Positions 38,123 to 47,098 of a DNA stretch of 53,902 nt are shown here, one piece after another. The notes under the pieces were generated by a model, which saw only the letters and a program-made list of their open reading frames with translations, ran no database searches and was not told the DNA's origin. Source of the stretch: a virus. Its lineage: Duplodnaviria > Caudoviricetes. The stretch spans positions 1-53,902 of the IMG/VR virus record IMGVR_UViG_3300042335_000111; one strand, 5' to 3'. Both the position numbers and the translations under genes were made by a program. Numbering within the stretch: the stretch's first letter is position 1; every line of letters begins with the position of its first letter.

Positions 38123-39109
38123 ATGAAAAAGAAACCAGAATTAGAATTGTTCAGCCCAACTCAAGAGGGGATCATTGTTCCTCTGTCCACATACCTTCGC
38201 CAAATGGGCGAGTTCGTTAAAACCGAATGGCCGGGTATCAACATCACAGAAACCCACATCAAGAAGGCATGGCAGAAGGTAACGAAGAACGAATACCTTG
38301 AAGACGATGCACCAGATGAAATGCTGGAGATGTTTGAGAAGATGAGTGCCGACCTCGACATGGCCGAAGAAATGGCAGAAGAACGCCTTGCTAATCCAGT
38401 AGTGGAGGAAGTTGAGGTTGAACTGACCGAAGATGAACCAGAAGTTCAAAGCGAATCCCTCGCCCTTGTGGAGAGCGTGAAGAACGGATTGGAATTGTCA
38501 TCATTCACACAGAAGTTCGACATTGGATCGGGCATGACTCAGTGCGTTCCTAAAGGTGAAGTAGATATGAAAGACTGGGTAGCAGCATTTGCTTTCGGTC
38601 TGACTCTGGAGTCGGGCGCACAATGGATCATCGGTGATTCAGTGGTAGCTCTTGAGAACGCAGGACATGAGGATGTAGTCAACCAACTCTGCTCCCAATT
38701 CAAGAAAAGCTATCCAACAGTATCCGGTTATGCCCGTGCCTGCCGCGCCTTCCCCGCTGCAAAGCGTGATCCAATGCTTCCATTCACAGTCTATCGTGAG
38801 ATTGGAAACGCCAACTTCGGAGATGAGAAGACCAACGCACAGAAGCAGAGTGAGCTTCTTGAGGCAGCAAAGACAGAGAAACTATCCTCGACTGAAGTTA
38901 GGAACCGAGTGCGTAGCGAGCAAGGTAAAGACGATAAGCCAATGGGTCATCGCTTCCTGCTCCTTAATGTCGGCAACTTCTCTAACTCAGAAGTCCTCCG
39001 CAATATGCCAGATGAAGTGCAGGAACACCAACTCTTGATCGACCTGTCCGACAAGTCATGGTTCGATCCAGCAGAAAATGAATGGCTGAGATTCGGAAAA
39101 GAAGCATGA
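38123..39109 (+). CDS. LmbU-like / ParB-type HTH DNA-binding protein (putative)
   Basis: QWIIGD...SYPTVSGYARACRAFP..KRDPMLPFTVYREI recalls the LmbU pattern W.LGD...Y.TL.NY..V...F...RR...LSF.HH.EVA. Confidence 0.5.
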   Translation: MKKKPELELFSPTQEGIIVPLSTYLRQMGEFVKTEWPGINITETHIKKAWQKVTKNEYLEDDAPDEMLEMFEKMSADLDMAEEMAEERLANPVVEEVEVELTEDEPEVQSESLALVESVKNGLELSSFTQKFDIGSGMTQCVPKGEVDMKDWVAAFAFGLTLESGAQWIIGDSVVALENAGHEDVVNQLCSQFKKSYPTVSGYARACRAFPAAKRDPMLPFTVYREIGNANFGDEKTNAQKQSELLEAAKTEKLSSTEVRNRVRSEQGKDDKPMGHRFLLLNVGNFSNSEVLRNMPDEVQEHQLLIDLSDKSWFDPAENEWLRFGKEA

Positions 39110-39246
39110 GCCATGACACAAAAGTTAGGGTCATGGTAGCCTTAAAGCAAAACATAAGGCTATTTTTGAAATACAGAAAAGACCAATACTTCAGAGCAGA
39201 AATAAAAGAACTAATCAAAGCATACAGAGAAGTTTGTAAAATATGA
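39106..39246 (+). CDS. Small hypothetical protein, 46 aa
   Basis: ATGA-coupled on both sides. Confidence 0.5.
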   Translation: MSHDTKVRVMVALKQNIRLFLKYRKDQYFRAEIKELIKAYREVCKI

Positions 39247-39383
39247 AAAAAGATTACGAAGACGATCCAGAAGCCTATTGGCAGGAAATTGCCGATAGGA
39301 AAGAACAAGACGGCAAAGAGAAACTGGCGCGATGGGAAAGAGAAAACCCAGAGTGGCCTTACGGATTCAAACCAAACGATTAA
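39243..39383 (+). CDS. Small hypothetical protein, 46 aa
   Basis: MKKDYEDDPEAYWQEIADRKE...; coupled to the previous gene. Confidence 0.5.
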   Translation: MKKDYEDDPEAYWQEIADRKEQDGKEKLARWERENPEWPYGFKPND

Positions 39384-39387
39384 ATTT

Positions 39388-39735
39388 ATGTCGAAACAAA
39401 ATCTACCAGAAAGTTGGAAAGAAGCACAAGCCGCAATGAGGAAAGTAATATCAAGCTACCAAGGCTTTGTTTACTCGGTTAAAGAACTCTGCGACTTGTT
39501 AGGTTGGTCATACGAATACCAAATTGCGAGACTACTCCCAATTAAAAGATTCGATAGACTGAAAACAGATTACTTCCAAAAAGTATTTGAATCACAAGAA
39601 GAAGATATGAAGGAAGCTATGTTTGACTTCGATAGAAGGCGCAAGGGTTTTGCAAAAAGGCAAGAACTCATGGCTCAGTTCAATCTAACTGAAGAAGAAA
39701 TAGACGCAATGCTGGAAGCAATACAAACAAAATAA
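39388..39735 (+). CDS. Hypothetical protein
   Basis: ATG 39388 preferred over TTG 39289. Confidence 0.6.
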   Translation: MSKQNLPESWKEAQAAMRKVISSYQGFVYSVKELCDLLGWSYEYQIARLLPIKRFDRLKTDYFQKVFESQEEDMKEAMFDFDRRRKGFAKRQELMAQFNLTEEEIDAMLEAIQTK

Positions 39736-39738
39736 TTT

Positions 39739-40020
39739 ATGTCAGAACCAACACCACAAAACGAAACCTCGAAATCAATACTTGAAGCCTTTTCATTTAT
39801 TAAATGCGAGGATGAGAAACTAAACGAACGAGTCCATGCGATGGCAAGCCTGTTGCATACGGCATCAATGATGGTAGTCCGATCCGAATCCCGTAAGGGT
39901 GAAGGGTTTGAAGCTATCCGCTACTTGGAAACGGCGTTCCTTTACTATAAGGAGTCCCAGTTCCGCAAGCGATTCGATAAGGAAGAGGAGAAAGAAGAAC
40001 CTTCTCGGATTATCAGCTAA
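39739..40020 (+). CDS. Hypothetical protein, weakly Acb2/Tad1-like
   Basis: AFSF...EAIRYLETAFLYYKESQFR helical-hairpin pattern. Confidence 0.4.
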   Translation: MSEPTPQNETSKSILEAFSFIKCEDEKLNERVHAMASLLHTASMMVVRSESRKGEGFEAIRYLETAFLYYKESQFRKRFDKEEEKEEPSRIIS

Positions 40021-40029
40021 CCATTAACG

Positions 40030-40076
40030 CAAAAAAGCCCACCTTGGATTTCTCCTTGGTGGGCTTCTTGCTTTTT
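40030..40076. terminator. Bidirectional terminator
   Basis: AAAAAAGCCCACC...GGTGGGCTTCTTGCTTTTT between convergent operons. Confidence 0.8.
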
Positions 40077-40079
40077 AGA

Positions 40080-41696
40080 TTAGGCTACTTCTTTGGGAGC
40101 AAGTGAGATTGTTGGATCAACCTCGCCATCTGCCAAGACATCTAACCTCTTCAGTTTGGTATCCAGCTTCTCACAAATTGATTCTTCAATCCCTACTCCC
40201 GCTGCATACACGATGTATTGCAGGGACTTTGACTTGCCGCCTGACCTATGAACTCGGCCTAAGACTTGCTTAAGATCGAAGACCGAAGGTGAAGGCATGA
40301 TTAGCGCAACTCGCGGATGGTTGCCATTGAGATCGTGGAGGTTCAGACCCTCCCTGCAAGCCTGTATGATACCGACGATAACCCGTGAGTCATCGCGCTG
40401 GAAGGCATCAATGTTACCTCGCCTTTCCATCTCATCCTGTCCTCCATGGATTGAGCAGTTAGTCTTTAGCTCATCCAGAATGAACTTGCGCGTCTCTGTA
40501 TAGTTCACCGCTACGAATACCGAGTTACCTTCTTCGATCATGTCTCTGACCATAGCGCAAACCGCCGGGGCTTTGTGGAGTTCGATCCTCTGCCTTGCAC
40601 GGGTCTGTTCTGCCAGCACATTGGCTGAGAAGTTTTCCAACCCGCGCAACTCTTCGATTCGGTTGCAGAGGTCATCGTATTCACCCGCGATCTTCTTGGC
40701 ATTATCCATGTCGAAGGCTTTGGCTTTAATCAGCGTTTCGGGAAACGCATCACCAAGGTCAGAGTGCCTTAAACGATTGCCTCTTTCGGGGTAGATGCGA
40801 CTATGGAGTTTCTTCAATACCGAATGCCCTCCAGTAAATTGCATTCCAAAGCGGGTCTTCCTGCATCCGTTCTGTGATAAGAAACGGAAATAGTCTTTCC
40901 CGCCTTGGTGCAGACCGAGGAACTGCCCCAATGCCCACAACTTAGTTGGATCGTCGGCAATGGTAGCAGACAAGGCAATGGCAGGGATGTTTTGGACTAC
41001 TGAATCCCGCACAAGGTAAGCGTTCTGAGTGGCCTCGCCTTTGCCACGATGAACTTCATCGAAGATCAGCATAACATCAGCGGGGAGCATGAAGCGGAAT
41101 TCTTTCTTCTTCTCGTCTGTCCATCTTCCCATCTGGCTCTTACCAGTTTTCGTCCACTCCCACCCGCATATCTCAAATACCTCAACACCCATCATCTTAG
41201 CGGCCCTATGCCAGTCGGTTGTAATCGGCTTCGGACAGATAACCGCAACTCGTTTGCCTAACTCTCTGGCAATACCAAGGGCGCAAAAGGTTTTACCAAC
41301 TCCCGTGGAATGCCCAAGCAAGGCGCGATTATACTTATTCATGGAGGCAACGCCCATCTGGACTGAGGTTAGCTGATACTCTAACAAGCCTTCGGGGTGA
41401 AGCAGAGGGATTAACTCTAACTCTTGAACTGCTTCAGCTTGAGTATCGGTTACGATAATCTGCTTAAATTTAAGCTGATCGTCTGACCACCAAGTAAGCT
41501 GCCACTCATCGCGGAATTTGCCGAGTTGAATGCCAGCGTCACCCATCTGCTTTTTGAATAGCTCCTTGTCCTCTCCGTAAACTTTCCAGAAAGCCTGCTC
41601 GATAGGTGCTTTCTTGAGGAGTCGGACTCCTCGTTTTGTATTAAGTTGAATGGGTTGCGACCACTCAACTGTTGCCATCAAATCGTGGATGTTCAT
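40080..41696 (-). CDS. SF2 (DExH/SNF2-like) helicase
   Basis: HSTGVGKT, IFDEVH, LSAT, EGLNL, QVLGRVHRSG. Confidence 0.9.
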   Translation of the reverse strand: MNIHDLMATVEWSQPIQLNTKRGVRLLKKAPIEQAFWKVYGEDKELFKKQMGDAGIQLGKFRDEWQLTWWSDDQLKFKQIIVTDTQAEAVQELELIPLLHPEGLLEYQLTSVQMGVASMNKYNRALLGHSTGVGKTFCALGIARELGKRVAVICPKPITTDWHRAAKMMGVEVFEICGWEWTKTGKSQMGRWTDEKKKEFRFMLPADVMLIFDEVHRGKGEATQNAYLVRDSVVQNIPAIALSATIADDPTKLWALGQFLGLHQGGKDYFRFLSQNGCRKTRFGMQFTGGHSVLKKLHSRIYPERGNRLRHSDLGDAFPETLIKAKAFDMDNAKKIAGEYDDLCNRIEELRGLENFSANVLAEQTRARQRIELHKAPAVCAMVRDMIEEGNSVFVAVNYTETRKFILDELKTNCSIHGGQDEMERRGNIDAFQRDDSRVIVGIIQACREGLNLHDLNGNHPRVALIMPSPSVFDLKQVLGRVHRSGGKSKSLQYIVYAAGVGIEESICEKLDTKLKRLDVLADGEVDPTISLAPKEVA

Positions 41697-41881
41697 GGGT
41701 TCCTCCTTGCTCTTTCGAGTGCTGCCCGGCATTGCATCATCAGGAGAGTGTCACCCTCGCCGTAAGCATCAAGAACGGCTTCGAGTGCTTCCATCAACTC
41801 CCGCTTAACAGACTCGCCCGAAAGTGGGGAGTCCTTGTAACGGAACAAAGGTTTCTGTTTGTGCATGGTAAAGGTTCTCAT
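41693..41881 (-). CDS. Small hypothetical protein
   Basis: ELMEALEAVL...CRAALERAR; overlaps the helicase start. Confidence 0.55.
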   Translation of the reverse strand: MRTFTMHKQKPLFRYKDSPLSGESVKRELMEALEAVLDAYGEGDTLLMMQCRAALERARRNP

Positions 41882-42030
41882 CGTTTGAATGGGATAGTTT
41901 TGATGTTTGGGTTAGGATACACGGTTGACTTGAACCGAGGCATCTCAGTTGATTTTTCGGCCTTTTGCCAAAGTCGAATGTAGACTTCGGGTGGAAGGCA
42001 GGTTGCTTCGTTTTTTTCGGTTGCTTTCAT
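41878..42030 (-). CDS. Small hypothetical protein, 50 aa
   Basis: MKATEKNEATCLPPEVYIRLWQK...; A/C-rich leader. Confidence 0.5.
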   Translation of the reverse strand: MKATEKNEATCLPPEVYIRLWQKAEKSTEMPRFKSTVYPNPNIKTIPFKR

Positions 42031-42105
42031 TTTATTGGGTTTGTTTGTTGCGTTGTGGAGGGAAATTCATTTGACAATCTAAAGGCATTTTGTAAATACT
42101 CAACT

Positions 42106-42708
42106 ATGAACAAAACACCCGAATTGGATAGTGAAAAGTTAGGCCGTGGAAAGGGACGGAAAAAATGGGACATGGAACGGATTGAAACCTTATTCATGGG
42201 AGGGGCTGAAATGTCGGACATTTTGAAGCTGCCTGAGTTCGCCCAAATGAGCAAATTCTACTTGAAGAATTGCATGGTGAAAGGGAAGTGGATTGAGAAG
42301 CGAAAGAGGTTGAGGGAGCAAGTGGCGAATGTAGTTGCGCCCAAGTTGGAGGACTTGATGGTAGCAGAAACCGCTAATCACTATCAATTTATGCTGCGTG
42401 AGATTGCAGCGGAGAGAAAACAAATCGAAGAGAGACACAAAAGCGGGAACATCAAAGAACAAGCCGCCCGTCTGGATATTCTCGCCGAGTATGAAAAGAT
42501 TGCAACGAGAGCGTTGGGACTGGATGAAAATAATATGCACGACAGGAAAGGGTTAAGCGTAAACGCAATGATCAATCTTCATGTTACTGGGCCACAGAAA
42601 GCCGATAAAATCGAGATTGTGTCCGGTGAATATGTCCGCGCATCGGAGGACTCGGAAAACGATGTAGAATTGGCAACATTGGAAGAAAGCGGGGAAGGGT
42701 CGGACTAA
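42106..42708 (+). CDS. Putative terminase small subunit / HTH protein
   Basis: KWDMERIETLFMGG...KGKWIEKRKR, coiled coil, acidic tail; own TTGACA at 42071. Confidence 0.45.
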   Translation: MNKTPELDSEKLGRGKGRKKWDMERIETLFMGGAEMSDILKLPEFAQMSKFYLKNCMVKGKWIEKRKRLREQVANVVAPKLEDLMVAETANHYQFMLREIAAERKQIEERHKSGNIKEQAARLDILAEYEKIATRALGLDENNMHDRKGLSVNAMINLHVTGPQKADKIEIVSGEYVRASEDSENDVELATLEESGEGSD

Positions 42709-42726
42709 CCCCGCATTTGTGGAGTG

Positions 42727-42900
42727 CTATTCAAATTTGATCGCCCTATCCATGAGCATCGTATCTAAAACGACAAGCTCACGGGGTGATAAGAAGCCAG
42801 CCGAGTAAATCCGATGGCATGATATTTCGAGCTTGCGGAGGGATTTTAAATCCTTCGCGGCCTTTATGCGTTTAGAAAGCTCTTTATATTCTAAGCTCAT
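42727..42900 (-). CDS. Small early-region protein
   Basis: ATG 42900 coupled to the upstream gene. Confidence 0.55.
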   Translation of the reverse strand: MSLEYKELSKRIKAAKDLKSLRKLEISCHRIYSAGFLSPRELVVLDTMLMDRAIKFE

Positions 42901-43139
42901 TTCGCACCTTCTTTCCAGATCGGGCCAAGGGATTCCAGATAACGATACATCGGAGTTCCGATTGGAATAATGCGGCGGACTCCATCGCGGCGAATCCATT
43001 CGCAATCTTGCAAGCTCCCATCCGCAAAATACCACGCCGAGCAATGACCAGAGAAGTATGAGGAGGTGACTTTGTGGAGAGCAAAACTACCTTTGGCGAA
43101 TATTCCGCCCTGTGGAAAGGTGACTTTCTGGATTTTCAT
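42897..43139 (-). CDS. Small early-region protein
   Basis: Coupled ORF. Confidence 0.6.
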   Translation of the reverse strand: MKIQKVTFPQGGIFAKGSFALHKVTSSYFSGHCSAWYFADGSLQDCEWIRRDGVRRIIPIGTPMYRYLESLGPIWKEGAK

Positions 43140-43306
43140 GCTACCCCCCTTATTTTAGCTTCTTTAGCAGCGAGTTTTTTAGTGGGGAATGTCCCTGTCC
43201 ATGTATGGTCAATGAAAAGCACCCAACGGAGGGGATGCATTCGCTTTTCGATTTTTACTACTGGAGGAACCATTTTGCGAGGTTCAATATATGGTGATGT
43301 TGTCAT
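43136..43306 (-). CDS. Small early-region protein, 56 aa
   Basis: MTTSPYIEPRKMVPP...GTFPTKKLA; AC-rich leader. Confidence 0.55.
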   Translation of the reverse strand: MTTSPYIEPRKMVPPVVKIEKRMHPLRWVLFIDHTWTGTFPTKKLAAKEAKIRGVA

Positions 43307-43506
43307 GTTGTTTAGTGTTTATTGTTTGGTTTGCTGTGGAGGGAAAAGTGGAGCAGAGGGATTATCGGAAACGATCACGGGCGTAAGAATGCGCGAGAGT
43401 AGAAAGGAAGGTAGAGAGTGCAGAAAGGTAGGAAAAACGAGAATGCGGGGCGATTAGAGCAAAGGCGGGAGAGGTTCGGACTCAGCCCGCATAGCTATGG
43501 AGGGAA

Positions 43507-43821
43507 TTACAGGATTGAATCTTTCAATTTGCGCCAAGTGTAGACGCGCCGCCCACAATCAAGCCAATATTTGAGAGATTCATCCAGAGTGGACTGATAC
43601 TCATGCACGGACTGAACAACTTCATTTTTCGCCCATTCCGGCCAATGCTCGCAAATCCCGCCTGAGATTGGAAAGCGATTCAAGCCGCCGGAATCGCCGA
43701 ACTGGTCAGCAAAGCACTTGCGAAGTGTAGATGAGGCATTAGAAAGATTCTTTGCATGATGCAAAAGGGATTCCGATTTGATGAGAAAGACGATTTTTTG
43801 AGTGTAGGTGTATTTTTTCAC
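43507..43821 (-). CDS. Early-region hypothetical protein
   Basis: GTG start coupled to the upstream ORF. Confidence 0.6.
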   Translation of the reverse strand: MKKYTYTQKIVFLIKSESLLHHAKNLSNASSTLRKCFADQFGDSGGLNRFPISGGICEHWPEWAKNEVVQSVHEYQSTLDESLKYWLDCGRRVYTWRKLKDSIL

Positions 43822-43928
43822 AGTAAAACAAAGATTAAGGCTGCGCCAATTGTGGAAAGGATGAGCAAAAGACCAAAGAAGCGGGCCTTTGCACGGTTGT
43901 ATTGAAGAGAGGAGTGGAGTTTATTCAT
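43818..43928 (-). CDS. Small membrane peptide, 36 aa
   Basis: MNKLHSSLQYNRAKARFFGLLLILSTIGAALIFVLL; coupled on both sides. Confidence 0.5.
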   Translation of the reverse strand: MNKLHSSLQYNRAKARFFGLLLILSTIGAALIFVLL

Positions 43929-44053
43929 TGGAAAGATTCTGCTGTGGTTTCCGGGTCAAGATTTCGACGATGGCAAGCGTTGGCGAATGCTTCCCGCGCT
44001 GCCGAGGTGTTTTTTTCAATATATTCAAAGTATAACGAGCGGATTTTTTTCAT
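43925..44053 (-). CDS. Small early-region protein
   Basis: MKKIRSLYFEYIEKN... Confidence 0.45.
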   Translation of the reverse strand: MKKIRSLYFEYIEKNTSAAREAFANACHRRNLDPETTAESFQ

Positions 44054-44102
44054 AAGATGAGAAGGAAAAGCGGCGAGGGGTTGAACATCCCGCAATAGGT
44101 TT

Positions 44103-44546
44103 TTAGATTCCAGCAAGGGCATTAAAGACGGCCTGAGCATTTTCAGCATCCCGCACGGCTATTTCATGCAATCGCTTTTCTGTGTGCGAGACAGCATCAA
44201 AAGATTCAAGAAACGCCTTCCGTGCATTGTCGGCGGCTTTACTTGTAGAGAACCAATCATCGCGTTCATTCAAGACCGTGCCGAAAACATCAAAGCAAAT
44301 GAACCGTTTGTTTTTCTTAGGCTCAAAGGGCTTTGAATTATTGGATTCAATCAGCCAGAAGACCAAGCCGTCTTTTGCTGTGTATGCGTCAAGAATGCGG
44401 GCTTTGAAATACTTCAGCGTTTGCGCATCGGCATAGTGTGAACGCCCGGCAAGGTTTCTCTGTGCATTGTCGAGGGCATAGCATGATTCAACGCGAAAAG
44501 GGCGGATTCCAAGAATGCTAAGTGAAGTTTCAATTTTGTTATTCAT
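44103..44546 (-). CDS. Early-region hypothetical protein
   Basis: MNNKIETS...HYADAQTLKYFKARIL. Confidence 0.65.
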   Translation of the reverse strand: MNNKIETSLSILGIRPFRVESCYALDNAQRNLAGRSHYADAQTLKYFKARILDAYTAKDGLVFWLIESNNSKPFEPKKNKRFICFDVFGTVLNERDDWFSTSKAADNARKAFLESFDAVSHTEKRLHEIAVRDAENAQAVFNALAGI

Positions 44547-44593
44547 ATTATTATGTTTTCTGTTTAGGTTTAGGTTTTTGTTATGGAGTGAAA

Positions 44594-44875
44594 TTACATT
44601 CTTTCGTTGCACACTATTCGGGAAACATAGCCCGCGCCGTCTCGATAATAGGTTTCAAGATCACTATGCAATTCTTGCAAGGTTTCATCGGTAGACTCAC
44701 ACTCATCTTTCAAAATATAACCAGATTCTAAGAATCCAGTATTACAAGAGCCGCCAAAAACAAGCTTAGTTTCCGTTTCCAACACTTCGAAATATTCTCC
44801 GCTTTCGAGTTCCAAGATTCCGAGATATTTTGCGCCTTCAATGTTTGATACGCTCCAATTTGTTTGTGTTGTCAT
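44594..44875 (-). CDS. Early-region acidic protein
   Basis: 93-aa ORF. Confidence 0.65.
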   Translation of the reverse strand: MTTQTNWSVSNIEGAKYLGILELESGEYFEVLETETKLVFGGSCNTGFLESGYILKDECESTDETLQELHSDLETYYRDGAGYVSRIVCNERM

Positions 44876-44894
44876 AAGAGTGATGGTTTGAGAT

Positions 44895-45203
44895 TTAAGC
44901 TACGCGGATTTCAAGAAAAGGGATGCAATCGATTTCAAGGGATAGTGTGCTATCAAATCCCGTGTCGCTGATATCGGAAACACGGGCCTTGGGAAGGTAG
45001 TTCAATTTAAAAACCTCCCAACGGCCTCGCGCCGCTTCCAATACTTGCGAAAGATCGGCATTGGTTGCGATATACCAAGATGAGTTGGTTTCAAATCCTT
45101 CCTGTGAGTTTCCCCACAGTTCATGCGCTACGACATTAAAGCGTGCGTCACTTGCAGGATTGGTTTCGGTGATGAGATTGCGGATTTTAGTTTCGAGTTT
45201 CAT
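44895..45203 (-). CDS. Early-region hypothetical protein
   Basis: ELWGNSQEGFETNSSW motif. Confidence 0.65.
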   Translation of the reverse strand: MKLETKIRNLITETNPASDARFNVVAHELWGNSQEGFETNSSWYIATNADLSQVLEAARGRWEVFKLNYLPKARVSDISDTGFDSTLSLEIDCIPFLEIRVA

Positions 45204-45237
45204 TTTTGGGTTTTTCTTTTTGGGTTGGTTGGTTTGT

Positions 45238-45456
45238 TTACTTGCGGGAGTTTTCCATCTTGGTGATCTTGGTTTTCAATGCGCGGATTTTCGCCGATTG
45301 CGCGACCAAGGCATTAAGGGGCATTTCGGAAAATGCCATATTGTGCAGGTCGTCCTTCATGGAGTTAAGCTTGATTTTTAGAGCGTATATTTGAGCTGTC
45401 ATCTTATAGGTTTTTCTAATTGCGCCCGCATGATAGCAGGCAGGGTTTATGTTCAT
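45238..45456 (-). CDS. Early-region hypothetical protein
   Basis: First ORF of the leftward cluster. Confidence 0.5.
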   Translation of the reverse strand: MNINPACYHAGAIRKTYKMTAQIYALKIKLNSMKDDLHNMAFSEMPLNALVAQSAKIRALKTKITKMENSRK

Positions 45457-45459
45457 TCG

Positions 45460-46430
45460 ATACCTACCAAAAGCAGGAGCGAAAAGTTTTTTATCTCAAG
45501 GAGCGATTTGTGAAATTACCCGCAGAGCTTGAATTCATCAGCCTCAGCGAGCATCACAGGCAGCATACTACGGGAAGAATTCCACAGCGTCAATGGTTTT
45601 TTATTTATTTTTTTTATGCTCATAGAAGCGGGAATCCACAGAGCAAATGACACGGGAATATTTACACAGGCAAAGCATCGCTCTATCGTCATACAGCGAT
45701 GAATCAAACATGACATATTCACATATTATGATGCGATGATGTGAGAGACAAGAGAGACGACATATTCACATATTCAAATATGATGATATGTGATGTTCCA
45801 TCGATATATCGCTATGCAGCGATGTTTGCTAAGCAAGCCACTTCAGGAGCGAAAATTGGTAGGCATTTTTTGCACGTCTATTTTCCAGCGATGCGAAATC
45901 GATATTCGCCATGATCAACCGGAATGCGATTGCCGCTTCTCAGCTCCATGATCAAAATGCGATTGCACCCAAAATGCGCCAATGCCGATACACCGCCCGA
46001 TTGAAACAAACGCATCCTGGGCCAACCTCGCGCAATAGTTATTGCAAGACGGTTGCATTATACTCTGTTCACTAGATCATCTGCTCATCACTTGATCATG
46101 CTGCACGCTGCACGCTGGTCACGCTTCACTATACTATGAGCAGAGCATAGGGCAGGGCAAGGCACGGGCCAAAGGAATCTCTTTTTCTATGGAGGCTGGA
46201 TGCCACCGCCCCCTGCCCCCATGCACCCCAGCGCGGCAGCTCCCAACGCGGAAACCCCTCCCCCCATAAAAACTGGTATTTTGTATGTCAATAAAAATCT
46301 CTTGACATATGTTCTATGTTCTGCTCTATGTTCATCATCTTATATGATGCTCATGTGCAATTGTATTTTTTGTTCTGAAATACAAATCTGAATACTTGAA
46401 TTGTATTTCTTGCATTTTGATGGTTGGTTA
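45460..46430. other. Long non-coding region (candidate genome end / packaging region)
   Basis: No credible ORF; local repeats, C-rich tract at 46203-46265, paired TTGACA elements. Confidence 0.55.
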
Positions 46431-46443
46431 TCGTTAACGATAA

Positions 46444-46626
46444 TTAGAGTTCTCTATTTTTTAGTTTCATATTGGTCGATGTGAAGGTTAGCCATACCCT
46501 TTGGCGGTTTCCTCTGTTATCGGTTATCTCTCCGAGGTTGAACATCCTGTCAAAGTGTTCATCTTCAGTTTTGAATTTATCTATATTGGTTTTGATTAGT
46601 TCAAGTATTTCTTGTTCTTGTTTCAT
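46444..46626 (-). CDS. Small hypothetical protein
   Basis: MKQEQEILELIK... Confidence 0.55.
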   Translation of the reverse strand: MKQEQEILELIKTNIDKFKTEDEHFDRMFNLGEITDNRGNRQRVWLTFTSTNMKLKNREL

Positions 46627-46708
46627 AATTATTTTCGGGTGTTTATCTCTATGATGAAGCAGGCTACTACTATGCTCCATGCTAAGGTTAATGCCATGAT
46701 TTCGTCGC

Positions 46709-47098
46709 TCATATTTGAGTTAGTGTGACTCCCATTTTTTCTGCTATTTCTAAGGCTATTGGATCTGTATGATAAACATCTTTGTAGAGGACTCTCTTTA
46801 TCTTATAGGCGGCTATGGCCTTTAGGCAGTCTCTACATGGCAGGCAGGTTGATATTAGTATCTTTCCTTCGCCCGGTTTAGTATATCTGAGGGCGTTCTG
46901 TTCTGCGTGGATTACGAACTTTGACCTTTCTTCTCTCGATGACCAGTCTTCTTCTACACCTTGAGGGAATCCGTTATACCCTACTGAGGCTATGGAGTTG
47001 TCTTCTCGCAGGATTACTACCCCTACCTGTCTCCACGGGTCTTTGCTCTTCTTAGCAACTACCTCCGCTATACTCATGCCGTATTCGTCCCAGTTCAT
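46709..47098 (-). CDS. dCMP deaminase
   Basis: SKDPWRQVG, GYNGFP, HAEQNAL, PCRDC. Confidence 0.92.
   Translation of the reverse strand: MNWDEYGMSIAEVVAKKSKDPWRQVGVVILREDNSIASVGYNGFPQGVEEDWSSREERSKFVIHAEQNALRYTKPGEGKILISTCLPCRDCLKAIAAYKIKRVLYKDVYHTDPIALEIAEKMGVTLTQI

Noticed and set aside
43074-43457. 127-aa + strand ORF in the early region
   Set aside because: Antisense to coupled - strand genes with better initiation contexts
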